Source of the DNA: a virus
Taxonomy: Duplodnaviria > Caudoviricetes
Length of the DNA stretch: 57,459 nt
Reading direction: 5' to 3' (one strand)
IMG/VR virus record: IMGVR_UViG_3300020508_000007
Location: 1 to 57,459 of that record
The notes under the pieces were generated by a model that was not told where the DNA came from, did not search any database, and worked only from the letters and a program-made list of their open reading frames with translations. Positions 28,677 to 38,731 of the stretch are shown in pieces. Every line of letters starts with the position of its first letter. Position 1 is the first letter of the stretch. Position numbers and translations under genes: made by a program.

Positions 28677-30236
28677 ATGATGCAAATTACAATTGTGGAC
28701 ATTGCAAATCCAAAAAATTATGATAATAAAGATTGGCCAGAAGGATTAATTTTCTTTTCGGACGAATGGAATTTTAGAAAAAGTCAATGCCAAAATTTTA
28801 TCAACTCACACAACAAAGTTCATGATCGAAAAATACATGGAAGAAAATGTGTCGTTAAAGAAATACTACCTGAGATTGGAAAACAATTTATTGCTACACA
28901 TCATATTCAAGGTTCTAACCATTTAGGCGTAGTTTTCTTTGGGCTTTTTTATTCAGATGAACTAATTGGAGTCATGTCTCTTGGTAGACACAGCAGACAA
29001 ATTTCGAATAACAGAATTGTTCTAGATAGATTCTGCATAGCTAATGGAGTTCATGTTCAAGGTGGAGCAACAAAGTTATTCTCCAGATGTATTGAATGGG
29101 CAAAATCCAGAAAGTACGATGAAATAATAAGTTTCAGTGACAATCGTATAACGGATGGTCAAGTTTATAAAATCATGGGATTTTTCTTAGAAAAGAACCA
29201 CAAATCAGACTATTGCTATGTTGATTCTAATAACCCACACCATAGATTAAGCAAGCAAAGCCAAAAAAAATCTTCTTCTAAGTGCCCCGAAGGAATGACA
29301 GAATTTGACTGGGCAAATGTGCGTGGTTTAAAAAAGTTATGGGATAAAGGCAAAAAAAGATGGGTCTATCATCTAAATCAAAATGCTAAGACTTGGATAC
29401 AGAAATTGTCAGCAAATTGTGCTGAACAAAATAGACTAGGAGTGTTTAAACACTCTCATATTAGGGGCTATTTTACATCTGAAAAATGCCAAAGTGAAAT
29501 TTATTATAGCTCTTCTTATGAATTAAGATGTCTATACCTTTTAGAAAATGATTTGAATGTTGCTTCTTTTAGGCGAGCCGAAACATTTATTGATAGCAAC
29601 AACAAAAGTAGAAATCCAGACATTTATGTTGTTTATACAGATGGAACTGTCGAGATATTAGAAGTTAAGCCAGATAAAAGATTTCAAAAAGAGGCAGACG
29701 TTAAAAAGCAAATCGACGAAACTGCAAAATTTGCTGCTTCTAAAGGAATAAAGTTTTCTGTATGGTCTGAGAGAAATTCTGGATTAAAAAATGACCATGC
29801 TATTATTCAATGGGCAAAAAAATTTATTGCAGAAACTACTGGTAATATTTATTGGCTTGAAAAACAAAAACAAAACAACAAAAAGAAAGCTAAGAAGCAT
29901 TATGACAATGTAGTTGCTAAAAACACTGTCACAGTATGGTGTGATTTCTGTAAACAGAACCATCAACCACTCCGTTTGACATATGACAAAAATATAGACA
30001 GAAATGGACGATATATCTGCGAGCGTGAAGGAGGACACATATCAGGCTCCAAGCCTAAACTACATTTAATTAAAGAAAACCCTTACGCTAACGAAAACAA
30101 GAAACAATGTTCCGCCTGCAAAGAAATCAAATCATTCGATGAATTCGGCACTGATAAGTCTCGGCGAGACGGTTATGCCACGAGATGCAAGGTGTGTCGG
30201 GCAAAGGGTTCAAATCAACGATATCATCAATCTTGA
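28677..30236 (+). CDS. Multidomain homing-endonuclease-like protein: Hef/Mom-like domain + TnsA-like nuclease + zinc finger
   Basis: HHIQG...GVMSLG...RFC...GGATKL...ISFSD; YSSSYELR...PDIYV...EVKP; CSAC...DGYATRCKVC. AGGAG before ATG 28677. Confidence 0.65.
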   Translation: MMQITIVDIANPKNYDNKDWPEGLIFFSDEWNFRKSQCQNFINSHNKVHDRKIHGRKCVVKEILPEIGKQFIATHHIQGSNHLGVVFFGLFYSDELIGVMSLGRHSRQISNNRIVLDRFCIANGVHVQGGATKLFSRCIEWAKSRKYDEIISFSDNRITDGQVYKIMGFFLEKNHKSDYCYVDSNNPHHRLSKQSQKKSSSKCPEGMTEFDWANVRGLKKLWDKGKKRWVYHLNQNAKTWIQKLSANCAEQNRLGVFKHSHIRGYFTSEKCQSEIYYSSSYELRCLYLLENDLNVASFRRAETFIDSNNKSRNPDIYVVYTDGTVEILEVKPDKRFQKEADVKKQIDETAKFAASKGIKFSVWSERNSGLKNDHAIIQWAKKFIAETTGNIYWLEKQKQNNKKKAKKHYDNVVAKNTVTVWCDFCKQNHQPLRLTYDKNIDRNGRYICEREGGHISGSKPKLHLIKENPYANENKKQCSACKEIKSFDEFGTDKSRRDGYATRCKVCRAKGSNQRYHQS

Positions 30237-30395
30237 TGCTTCAACACCTTCTAATTTTAATTATTCAACATCAAACAATAGCTTTTTGAGGTTGAAATTT
30301 TATAACTTTTAAGTAATTTTATTGTTTTGTAAGTTTGTTTTTGCTATAAATTACTAGAACGGTATCTGACTTCATCTGTATTAAGAAAAAATGAA

Positions 30396-30929
30396 ATGAT
30401 ATTTCCTCCATCAATCGCAAATGTTCTTGACAAACTCGGCATTCTTGTGGGACGCTCACATGAAAGAGGCAAATTTTACAAATTTATGGAACAAAGAAAA
30501 CTGTTTGATCGCACACCTCCTTTTAATGCACGTATCCCGTTTCACTATGCATTTGAACAGGGTTATGCAAAATTATTCGCAAATTTAAAATCATATTACA
30601 TCTGGAGTTCAGATTTCGTTTATGATTTAGAAAATGATGAAAATAGGTTTTTGGTTTCCACTCAAGACATTCGTGGTTCTTATTTTAGTCAAAAACAACT
30701 CTGTAGTCCAGATGTAATGTCAAGACCTTTTACACAATCAGAGATCAAAAAACTATTAGCACCATATAAGAATGACGATGGAACACCGACCGAAGAGGCT
30801 CTAGAAAAAAAATGGGCTTTAGAAGCTGGCTATACCAAAATTTTTGCATGGGAAGACGAAAAGATAAAAGCTATTTTTGAAGAGTATCAATCTTTCAAAA
30901 ACGACAACTGCTCCACAGCGAGCCAGTAA
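30396..30929 (+). CDS. Hypothetical protein
   Basis: 177-aa ORF. Confidence 0.6.
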   Translation: MIFPPSIANVLDKLGILVGRSHERGKFYKFMEQRKLFDRTPPFNARIPFHYAFEQGYAKLFANLKSYYIWSSDFVYDLENDENRFLVSTQDIRGSYFSQKQLCSPDVMSRPFTQSEIKKLLAPYKNDDGTPTEEALEKKWALEAGYTKIFAWEDEKIKAIFEEYQSFKNDNCSTASQ

Positions 30930-30982
30930 GCTTAGGGGGCAAACAAATCATCTACAAAAAAGCAAAACTTCAAGAAAGTAAC

Positions 30983-31375
30983 ATGAACTTTATAGTTGTA
31001 CAAGTAGATCAGAATTACGATTACGTGGAAGACGTAAGATACATTGCCAGCTTTCCCACAGAAGAAGCCGCCAATGCTTTTAAACAAGAAAAAGAAGAAG
31101 AGCAGAATACCAAATGGAGAGCGAGACTTGATTACATTGAGCAATGGGTAAATGCGATTCAGTTGCCTGAAAACATTGATTACAATTCATGGTGTGAATA
31201 TCTTGAGGAATATCACCCATTTTCTGCAAAGCCCTCGAAAGTATCTCCAAAAGATTTTCATAAAGAATTAAAGGGGTATCTTCGAACTTATCATTCTGTT
31301 ACACTTGAAGGGTATGATCCGCCAGCAGCGGATTTTAATTGGAATGGATTGCATGTGGTAAAGATAAATGACTGA
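30983..31375 (+). CDS. Hypothetical protein
   Basis: 130-aa ORF. Confidence 0.65.
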   Translation: MNFIVVQVDQNYDYVEDVRYIASFPTEEAANAFKQEKEEEQNTKWRARLDYIEQWVNAIQLPENIDYNSWCEYLEEYHPFSAKPSKVSPKDFHKELKGYLRTYHSVTLEGYDPPAADFNWNGLHVVKIND

Positions 31376-31544
31376 ACAAATACAATTTAGATTCTTGAAG
31401 AAGAACGACTCTATTTACATTAGAAAAGAAGATGTGATCAATTATCTTCTTGAAATTGCTGCTACTGAAGAAATCGATGTTCGCAACCGGTTGAATCAAG
31501 CGGCCTCAAACATCAACAAATTAGGAGATAAAAATGATCAGTAA
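31368..31544 (+). CDS. Small hypothetical protein (58 aa, not in ORF track)
   Basis: MTEQIQFRFLKK...DKNDQ*; overlaps both neighbours by a few bases. Confidence 0.6.
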   Translation: MTEQIQFRFLKKNDSIYIRKEDVINYLLEIAATEEIDVRNRLNQAASNINKLGDKNDQ

Positions 31545-31719
31545 AGCAGATTTGAGTGAATTGCAACGGTTAGCAACAAACTTTTACGACAATGACAAGA
31601 AGTTTGTTCGTCGAATTATTCATGGAGTAAGTTTGATGGATCGAGATATTATGAAGTTACAAGCAGAAAATGAAGCGTTGAAAAAAGAAATTGCTGATTT
31701 GAAGCTTCTTAAAAAGTAA
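31534..31719 (+). CDS. Small coiled-coil protein
   Basis: AGGAG site; 61 aa. Confidence 0.6.
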   Translation: MISKADLSELQRLATNFYDNDKKFVRRIIHGVSLMDRDIMKLQAENEALKKEIADLKLLKK

Positions 31720-31765
31720 AAAACTTGCAAATTAACAATTTAAGTCTCTAAGCAATAAATACTTT

Positions 31766-32617
31766 ATGCTTAGATTTTCTGATTTTATTCGTTTATCATT
31801 TAATGAAATAGTTGAGCCGATCAAAACAACGGCCAAGAGACGCAACATCATAAAAAATGCTGGCACTATGCGTGCTACGCCTGTTATTGAGTATCAATTT
31901 CGTACATCTCTTGGCAACTTAGTGAAGCTTCATTTTAGGCTAAAAGATGAAAGTCCTCTGACTTATGATGTGTCATTTTATGTTAATGACACACAATACG
32001 ATGATGCCAGCAGAACTGATGGCAATAATCGTGATCCTGAGATCTTAGGTAAAGTTTTGTACTTAATCAGAAGTAAAGCGGATTTGCTAAAGGCTGAAGA
32101 GATACATTTCCTTGCTCAGAAAGGCGAAGGAGATGTTAAAGTAGTAAGGAATTTAAACATTGAAGAATATAAGCCGAATGCTTTACAACAACTTAATTTA
32201 TTGAAACAATGGCTTCAAAGATATGAAGTCAAAATGATAGAGCCAAATAAAGAAGTATATTTGAAGCTTAGAAGGCCCATACCGCCAGCCAGACCGGATA
32301 TAGATGTAGAAAGATGGGTTCGAGTTATTGATGAGTGCATGGCACTTGTAATAAAGGGACAGACTTTAGATATGAACAATCTAGAGGGTTCCATGTACAC
32401 ACAAAGTATTGCAACCAATTATCCGCAATACAAAGCTCTGATTGATGCGTTACGTAATTACACAAACGCAATCTTATCGAATACAGATTCTGGTTTTCAT
32501 AAACGCAAGAACCGAAGGGCGTCTTTATATTCAAAACTGTTGAATAGATATTTCTCTGATTGGGATATTGAACAGAGCAAAGATTCTTTTGTTATGAAAA
32601 GACAACAATCTAATTAA
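31766..32617 (+). CDS. Hypothetical protein with capsid-targeting-like N-terminus
   Basis: MLRFSDFIRLSFNE; TAAATA 4 nt upstream. Confidence 0.7.
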   Translation: MLRFSDFIRLSFNEIVEPIKTTAKRRNIIKNAGTMRATPVIEYQFRTSLGNLVKLHFRLKDESPLTYDVSFYVNDTQYDDASRTDGNNRDPEILGKVLYLIRSKADLLKAEEIHFLAQKGEGDVKVVRNLNIEEYKPNALQQLNLLKQWLQRYEVKMIEPNKEVYLKLRRPIPPARPDIDVERWVRVIDECMALVIKGQTLDMNNLEGSMYTQSIATNYPQYKALIDALRNYTNAILSNTDSGFHKRKNRRASLYSKLLNRYFSDWDIEQSKDSFVMKRQQSN

Positions 32618-33024
32618 TTTGGTTCATGCAAAGCCTCTCTGGCTATTTGTCTGACTTTGCACATTAGACAAGTGTGACCATGATAAGAGTCACATTCGCA
32701 GCCTTTTGTGTTTGCAATAGAAATAAGCCCTTCTTTGAGCTTAAGTATTTTATCTTTAGACTTAGGTTTACTTTCTGACGATACGATACAATTCTTTGCC
32801 CAATAGTCTGCGTGTCCACTTTCATCGAATTTACGAAGTGCATCTTGAATGTGAGTTTCCATGCAACCGATATATTGCTTGCCATTTTTCCAGATACCAT
32901 AGTCTTGCAAGCAAGTAGCATATCCTTCTCTGTATGCCTTTTTGAAGCAACCGTGACAATGAACGGTGCCTCCATTAACGCTTACGCCACCACATGATTT
33001 GCATTCAACTGGTTCAGTTAACAT
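32614..33024 (-). CDS. Cys-rich hypothetical protein
   Basis: Several CxxC motifs. Confidence 0.6.
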   Translation of the reverse strand: MLTEPVECKSCGGVSVNGGTVHCHGCFKKAYREGYATCLQDYGIWKNGKQYIGCMETHIQDALRKFDESGHADYWAKNCIVSSESKPKSKDKILKLKEGLISIANTKGCECDSYHGHTCLMCKVRQIAREALHEPN

Positions 33025-33035
33025 TTATTTTTCTT

Positions 33036-34310
33036 TCAATGATGACTTGAGACGAATCCACCTGTTTTTTGCACTAAATCAAAATTGTTTTCGATGAATT
33101 CAATTACTTCTTGAGGGTTTATGTTTCTATTGAACACTATATTGGGGCCATGATTGTCTAGGTAGACAGCATACAGATTGCCAAATTTTTGCAATCCCTT
33201 TGAAGTATTGTTTCCGCATTCGTGTGACCCGCATTCAAATTCTTTTTGAGAAACTGTTGGGACTTGAGAGAGTGGTTTTTTAGGACAATGAAAGTGAACA
33301 ATACAATCAACGTCAGGGTGATCACGAAAGACGATTCTTTGGCTTTGTCCACCAACGCTTGGTTTTGCACCATAAGCTAGAACTGTGTCAGGTCCATCTG
33401 TAACAATTTTAACCAAACCGACTTCTGACAATTTGTTGAAGTTGGTTTTACGAATGCTTGTTAAGAAGGTGTTATCGTTTACTTTGCAGGCAAAGTGCCC
33501 AGCAGTAACGCCATTAAAAGGCTTGTAGGCGTTTTGCTCGATGCAATAGTTGACAATATCTCTCAATGAGTTTGGAATGAGATCAGAGTTCCAAGGGATT
33601 GGATTACCTGCAATTACTGTGGATCTTGTAAAAGTCAAGTGAGTTCTATGGAAGATCATCTTCATGAGTTCTTCCAACATTTGATCTCGCGTATGAGTAT
33701 CTGATGTAGCGTATCTAGATTCTTCTGGGGTTACGATCATGTTGTAGCGTGTTAGAGTGTCATTTGCGACAACAAGGTTACAAGAAGCTTTCTTGCATAA
33801 ATTCAAAGCTTCCAAATATTGTTCATCTGGAGATTTGTTGGTCGTTGTTTTGAATCCGACAAGAAAAATATCTTTACGTTGTTGTCGTATGCGATTGATT
33901 ATTTTGTCGGCTGTCTTTAATTGAATTGGCTCTTGCAAACTTCTTGAATTCAATCGAGGTGCATGTTTTCCTGAAATACATGAGCCGATTTGTCCGTCAA
34001 AATCGCAAAGTGCGGCTGACATGATGATGACTTTAGTCAAATCGCTTTTCAGTACAGCATCAACATCATCAGCAATATGTTGATTAGTTTCAAGTGTGCT
34101 TCCGCCAGCCATTTTTGTAAGCTTTAAATCAACAACCATTTTTGGAATGTGAATCTTAGCTAATTCTGCAAGTTTTATTGCTGTGCTGCCGTAAGCTGGG
34201 GCACATAAAGCTAGGTGATTGCGTAAATGAGAAACTGTTCCACCGCCATAGATTACAATTTTCTTATTGTCCATGATTGGATTTCTTATTCTAGGGTTTT
34301 TCGTTGACAC
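33036..34310 (-). CDS. CoaB/DFP-like domain fused to class II aldolase/adducin-like domain
   Basis: GGGT, SAALCDF, LVGFKTT, LVVAND; then HPDVDCIVHFH and LDNHG. Start may be 34274. Confidence 0.65.
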   Translation of the reverse strand: MSTKNPRIRNPIMDNKKIVIYGGGTVSHLRNHLALCAPAYGSTAIKLAELAKIHIPKMVVDLKLTKMAGGSTLETNQHIADDVDAVLKSDLTKVIIMSAALCDFDGQIGSCISGKHAPRLNSRSLQEPIQLKTADKIINRIRQQRKDIFLVGFKTTTNKSPDEQYLEALNLCKKASCNLVVANDTLTRYNMIVTPEESRYATSDTHTRDQMLEELMKMIFHRTHLTFTRSTVIAGNPIPWNSDLIPNSLRDIVNYCIEQNAYKPFNGVTAGHFACKVNDNTFLTSIRKTNFNKLSEVGLVKIVTDGPDTVLAYGAKPSVGGQSQRIVFRDHPDVDCIVHFHCPKKPLSQVPTVSQKEFECGSHECGNNTSKGLQKFGNLYAVYLDNHGPNIVFNRNINPQEVIEFIENNFDLVQKTGGFVSSHH

Positions 34311-34845
34311 AATCTAATTGATCGCCGTCATCCATACGAGCACTAATGCCATCGCATAGGTGTAATAACCAAGCCATTCTAGTATTGGGTGAAACGGGGC
34401 TTCCCCACTCTTTAAGTCCATGATGAGCTAATATAGCGTGCAAAATCTCATCATTATCTTCGAATCCTTGTTCTTTTGCAGCTTGGCTCCACACAATGCC
34501 AGAACGGCTTATGTGATGAATGTGTCTTTTGTGTATATTACTTTGCCATTGGCCATCTACACAACTATAGTCCCACATTTTTCCGGCATCGTGAAACAAC
34601 GCAGCTAGAAATAATTTGCGTTCACAAACTGCTTTTTTTAAGGGCTTAAAGTATTCATTATTCTTGAGGCACAGTTCCACTACTTCGGTTGTATGTCGAA
34701 GTAAACCACCATCACCATAGTGGTGATGAAGTCTTTTTGAGGAACCTGAACAAATTAGAAATCTGTTATCATGCAAAATAACGTTTGCCAAGGGCAATAC
34801 GTCATATTCTTCAGCTAAACATTTTAACGTTTGGACTTCATGCAT
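34291..34845 (-). CDS. HD hydrolase, YhaM-like
   Basis: HHHYGDGGLLRHT, HDAGK, ILAHHG..EWGSP and LHLCD motifs. Confidence 0.85.
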   Translation of the reverse strand: MHEVQTLKCLAEEYDVLPLANVILHDNRFLICSGSSKRLHHHYGDGGLLRHTTEVVELCLKNNEYFKPLKKAVCERKLFLAALFHDAGKMWDYSCVDGQWQSNIHKRHIHHISRSGIVWSQAAKEQGFEDNDEILHAILAHHGLKEWGSPVSPNTRMAWLLHLCDGISARMDDGDQLDCVNEKP

Positions 34846-34855
34846 GATTTGAAAA

Positions 34856-35418
34856 TAGGCCGGGCAGGACTCGAACCTGCAACCAACAGATTATGCTTAC
34901 CACTACGGTTTTCACCGCCAATTTTTCTACCCTTTTAATTCCTGCTGAACTTATCCGAGTTTTTGCAAATTTAATTGCATTCAAGGGTACAGGGCTTGTT
35001 TGTGGTCTGGACTATGCTTTAACCTTGGAAAGAAAGCTTCGCAAACTTATCACTAAGTTAATCGCTTTCTTAATAGCGTGAACTTTCGTGAGAGTCCCCG
35101 CTAACATTCTTTAGGTTGGTGATTATAGTCTCTACACGTTTTCAACAGTGAGCTTTCCTACATTGCTACTACACTCACGAACCTGTGCTAGGTCTTTCAA
35201 GGCATCCTTCAACGGGTTTCCCCTCCAGTTTTTTAGCCTTTACTTGTTGAACTTCGCTCGGCGTTGGGAATTTCTGAGCTAAGCCTCAGAATTATCTCTG
35301 CTTCGTCTGTGCGACTTCCTTCGATATACCGTTCACCGAATTTACACCTTACTGACTACAAGTTTCCCTGTAGCCGACCCTTTTGAGTCTGCTGCTCTAA
35401 CCATTGAGCTACCGGCCC
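34856..35418 (-). tRNA. tRNA-Ile2 (CAU), intron-split, exons 35418..35386 and 34895..34856, no encoded CCA
   Basis: Spliced GGGCCGGTAGCTCAATGGTTAGAGCAGCAGACT|CATAATCTGTTGGTTGCAGGTTCGAGTCCTGCCCGGCCTA folds into a full cloverleaf. GACTCATAATC arm and C4-G69/C5-G68 favour Ile2 over Met. Confidence 0.88.
34896..35385 (-). mobile_element. Group I intron (490 nt) between U33 and C34 of the tRNA
   Basis: P1 GACU-C-AAAA-G-GGUC; P AAATTCGGTGAA, Q AACGCCGAGC, R GTAGAGACTAT, S AGCATAGTCC; ends in G. Confidence 0.9.
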
Positions 35419-35489
35419 TTAATTGGACACTCCTATTATACGTGAGTTGTGGCTGAAATCCATTCATGTTTTGATTTTTGGGCACAAAA

Positions 35490-37673
35490 TCATCGATTTT
35501 TCCATTTACCAAAACTGTCTTCGTAATCTTTGGCTTGTCTTCGTTTCATTTCCGCTCCAATTTCTGGCCCCATTTTAGTCAAGCCAAGATCCCTTTGAAT
35601 ATCTTCGCCACTGAATTTTGCAGGTTCGTAATTGTGAAGATGTGCCAAATGATCTTGATCGACTTCATGTCCAACCAATGGATGAAAGTCTTGGATCAAT
35701 TCCTTTCTTTGGCTTGGATTTTTCTTATACAGAGAAATTGCATGCTGGCTCAAGTCCTGAGAGTTTGGATTTTGTGTAATTAGCCAAGTTTTGATTAAAG
35801 ACGTGACTTCATCCACAATGTCGTTAGGCCATTTCATGGCATTAAGCTTGTTTCTGATTTCTTCAGGTCTGCCTGCCTTTCTTAGGAGCAAGGCCAACGT
35901 CAAGATTACCTTTTTATTGTTGTAGTTTTTCTTGTCATCGCCCTTTAAGCCTGATCCTGTTGGCAGTTTTTGTAAGTTATCTACTGCTTGCATGTCTAGT
36001 TCCATGCCCGGAAACATGAACGGCAGGGCACCAATAGACTCAAAACCACGTAAGATTACACGAGGGTCTCTAGCCTTTGTTAAGGAGGCTATAAATTCTG
36101 CTTGTATCCTTTCTGGAGAAACTCCTTCTAAGCTACTGAATTTTTTCATAGCCTCAAAAGTTTCTGGATCGACGATATCTTTGAGATTATCTGTGTTAAA
36201 AATTCCATGAAATCTTACGCCACGCATAACTCGTAGAGGATCTTCTGCAAATCGGTCATGTGCTGATCCAACTGGGCTAACTCTTTTGTTTTTAATATCT
36301 TCTAGCCCTTTTCCTCCGCCAAAATCAATAATGGTTCCTTGGGAGCCTGAATTAATTGGCATATCATAGTACAAAGCGTTGAAGGTAAAATCCCTTCGAC
36401 GGTAATCATTTTTTGCATCTGATGCTTTCACAGAGGATGGTCGTCGTCGATCTTCGTATCCAGACTCTTCACGAAAGGTTGCAATTTCAAACTCTTGATT
36501 ATTTATGATTGCCGAAATCACTCCGAAAGATTCGCCTTTGGGCACATATTTGATCCCTGCTTTTTCTAGAATTTGAATAACTTCATTGGATAAAGCGTCT
36601 GTGGCAAAATCCACATCTTTGATTTCAAAAGGAAGATCATGATACTTGCTCATCAAGTAATCTCTAACAGTTCCCCCAACCACATAAAATGTTTTGTTTG
36701 CGTTTTTGAAAGCTTGATTCAAAATTGTGGCTCCCTTTTCGAATATTCCTAAAGGAATATATGCCTTCATGGTAAATGGCTCTAATTCTTGGGATTCCAT
36801 AAATTGCCTAAAATTCATTTTTGATTCTTTGAGCAAGGATTCAATTTGATCTGGAGTTAGATTGAATTTGCCTGTTTTGGTCATACCGGCTAATGCCATT
36901 CGTATTTGATCTGTAGTTCTGCCTTTTTGTTTTAGCTGACTGACGACTAATCTTGGATCATCTCCGATTGGCTGATTTGTATTTTTGCTTCTTTTTTCTA
37001 AATCTTTGCGGTACAAATCAGAAGTAGTATAGATGCCAGACACTCCTTGGTCGGCAGCAATTGTGTTGTTTTGGGCAAAATTTTTAGCTGTTTTCCAACT
37101 AACTCCAGACTCTCCGCCTCTTCCCATTCTATCCATGAGGAGCAAAACCAAAAGAAGTTTTATTTTCCGATCTGTTTTGTATTTTCCATTCTCGTCTAGA
37201 ATTTCTTTTTTGAGTGCTTTGTTTTTGAAACCATCTTTGTCGTGCAGGCTCATGTGGTATTTGATGACCCACCACAAATCTTCACGATCTTTTGGATCGG
37301 CTTTTTGATACATTTTATACCAAGATGGACTTAGACGGAGCATAGCTTTTTCGAACGTGCTTGGGTCTTCGTGACCATGAGCACTTAGAGTTTTGGGGTC
37401 TAAGGCATCTCCTTTGCCTATGTCGTGCAATAAGGAGGCAAATCGGAGGATATTGATATCTTGGTCGTTAAAATCGAGGTCTAAATTAGAAAGAGGCCCA
37501 TTTGGGTTTTCCTTTTGTTTTGTTTTTAATACTGAAATTGCAGATTGTAGAGAAGCTCTAACCATCATGGTGTGGCGATCTACAGGGCCTTCCGGGTGAT
37601 GTTTTGGGTTTTGGGGAACTTGGAGTTGTTGCCTCAAAGACGATTCGATTATCCATCGTTGAAAAGTTTTCAT
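35490..37673 (-). CDS. HD domain + tRNA nucleotidyltransferase (CCA-adding/poly(A) polymerase family)
   Basis: PQNPKHHPEG...HT...LLHDIGK; VGGTVRD, DVDFAT, EIATFR, RRDFTFNAL and EDPLRVMRGVRF motifs. Confidence 0.9.
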   Translation of the reverse strand: MKTFQRWIIESSLRQQLQVPQNPKHHPEGPVDRHTMMVRASLQSAISVLKTKQKENPNGPLSNLDLDFNDQDINILRFASLLHDIGKGDALDPKTLSAHGHEDPSTFEKAMLRLSPSWYKMYQKADPKDREDLWWVIKYHMSLHDKDGFKNKALKKEILDENGKYKTDRKIKLLLVLLLMDRMGRGGESGVSWKTAKNFAQNNTIAADQGVSGIYTTSDLYRKDLEKRSKNTNQPIGDDPRLVVSQLKQKGRTTDQIRMALAGMTKTGKFNLTPDQIESLLKESKMNFRQFMESQELEPFTMKAYIPLGIFEKGATILNQAFKNANKTFYVVGGTVRDYLMSKYHDLPFEIKDVDFATDALSNEVIQILEKAGIKYVPKGESFGVISAIINNQEFEIATFREESGYEDRRRPSSVKASDAKNDYRRRDFTFNALYYDMPINSGSQGTIIDFGGGKGLEDIKNKRVSPVGSAHDRFAEDPLRVMRGVRFHGIFNTDNLKDIVDPETFEAMKKFSSLEGVSPERIQAEFIASLTKARDPRVILRGFESIGALPFMFPGMELDMQAVDNLQKLPTGSGLKGDDKKNYNNKKVILTLALLLRKAGRPEEIRNKLNAMKWPNDIVDEVTSLIKTWLITQNPNSQDLSQHAISLYKKNPSQRKELIQDFHPLVGHEVDQDHLAHLHNYEPAKFSGEDIQRDLGLTKMGPEIGAEMKRRQAKDYEDSFGKWKNR

Positions 37674-37807
37674 AATTCAAATGTATTTAGAAAATACGAG
37701 ATAAAATTTGTCAAGGTTTTAAAAATCAACTTTACCGAGAACAAGGCTGACATATAATCAAGTGTTGTTTGGAGATTTCGAATTTACTTTAGCACAGAGG
37801 CAGAATC

Positions 37808-38683
37808 ATGCAAAAAGTTCACTTGGTTGTGATTGATCCGCAAAATTCGTTTTGCAACATTGTACAAGCCGGAGATCAACAAAAGCTCCACGACGGAGAA
37901 TTGTGTGTTGCTGGTGCATGGGATGACATGCAGCGTGTAGCCAATTTGGTGAAGCGTTTGGGCAGAAAGCTTAGCCAAATTCACGTCACCCTTGACAGTC
38001 ACCATCAATGGCACATTGCACACCCATGTTGGTTCAAGGACGGCAAGGGCAATCATCCGGCTCCATTTACGATGATGCGAAATGAAAACAACAACATCAT
38101 TGGGGCACAATTTGATGCAAATGGTCAGCCACACGATGTTGGCGAATATACTCCTACTTTGTTTGGAGATGCGTACAAGTGGACCTACAAATATTTGGCG
38201 GAGCTTTCTACGGGTGGTCGTTATCCACACGTTATTTGGCCATATCACTGTTTGATTGGCACGCCCGGTCACAACATTGTTGCCCCTCTCAACGAGGCAA
38301 TTTTTGAGTGGGAACAAAATGTCCGACAGACTGTAAACAAGATCACCAAGGGATCTTGTCGATTTGTTGAGCACTTTTCGGCAGTTCGTGCTGAAGTGGC
38401 TTATTCTGAAGATCCTTCAACGCAACTCAACACTGATTTCGTGACTATGTTGGGTCATGATGCAGATGAAGTTTTGATTGCTGGCGAAGCTTTATCGCAC
38501 TGTGTTGCCAACACTTTCCGTGACATTGCTACGGAGTTGGGCGATGACTTCGTAAAGAAGTGTGTGCTATTGCAAGATGCTTCTTCCAACGTCACCGGTT
38601 TTGAGGTATACGGCGAGCAGTTCGTCAAAGACATGGTGGCTCGTGGAATGCGTGTCACAACGACTGTAGATTATCTCAAGTAA
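37808..38683 (+). CDS. Nicotinamidase/isochorismatase family cysteine hydrolase
   Basis: VIDPQN, TLDSH...H, WPYHC, TKG and GEALSHCV motifs. Confidence 0.85.
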   Translation: MQKVHLVVIDPQNSFCNIVQAGDQQKLHDGELCVAGAWDDMQRVANLVKRLGRKLSQIHVTLDSHHQWHIAHPCWFKDGKGNHPAPFTMMRNENNNIIGAQFDANGQPHDVGEYTPTLFGDAYKWTYKYLAELSTGGRYPHVIWPYHCLIGTPGHNIVAPLNEAIFEWEQNVRQTVNKITKGSCRFVEHFSAVRAEVAYSEDPSTQLNTDFVTMLGHDADEVLIAGEALSHCVANTFRDIATELGDDFVKKCVLLQDASSNVTGFEVYGEQFVKDMVARGMRVTTTVDYLK

Positions 38684-38731
38684 TCCTCAGTCCTTCATTA
38701 ACATTTTTCAAAACAACAGGGAGTTTTTAGC

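Noticed and set aside
34893-35081. 62-aa ORF as an intron-encoded endonuclease
   Set aside because: Antisense to the intron and has no nuclease motif.
37784-38374. Long antisense ORFs over conserved genes (also 24169..24702, 27893..28396)
   Set aside because: They lie opposite well-supported genes and have no motifs; codon bias explains them.
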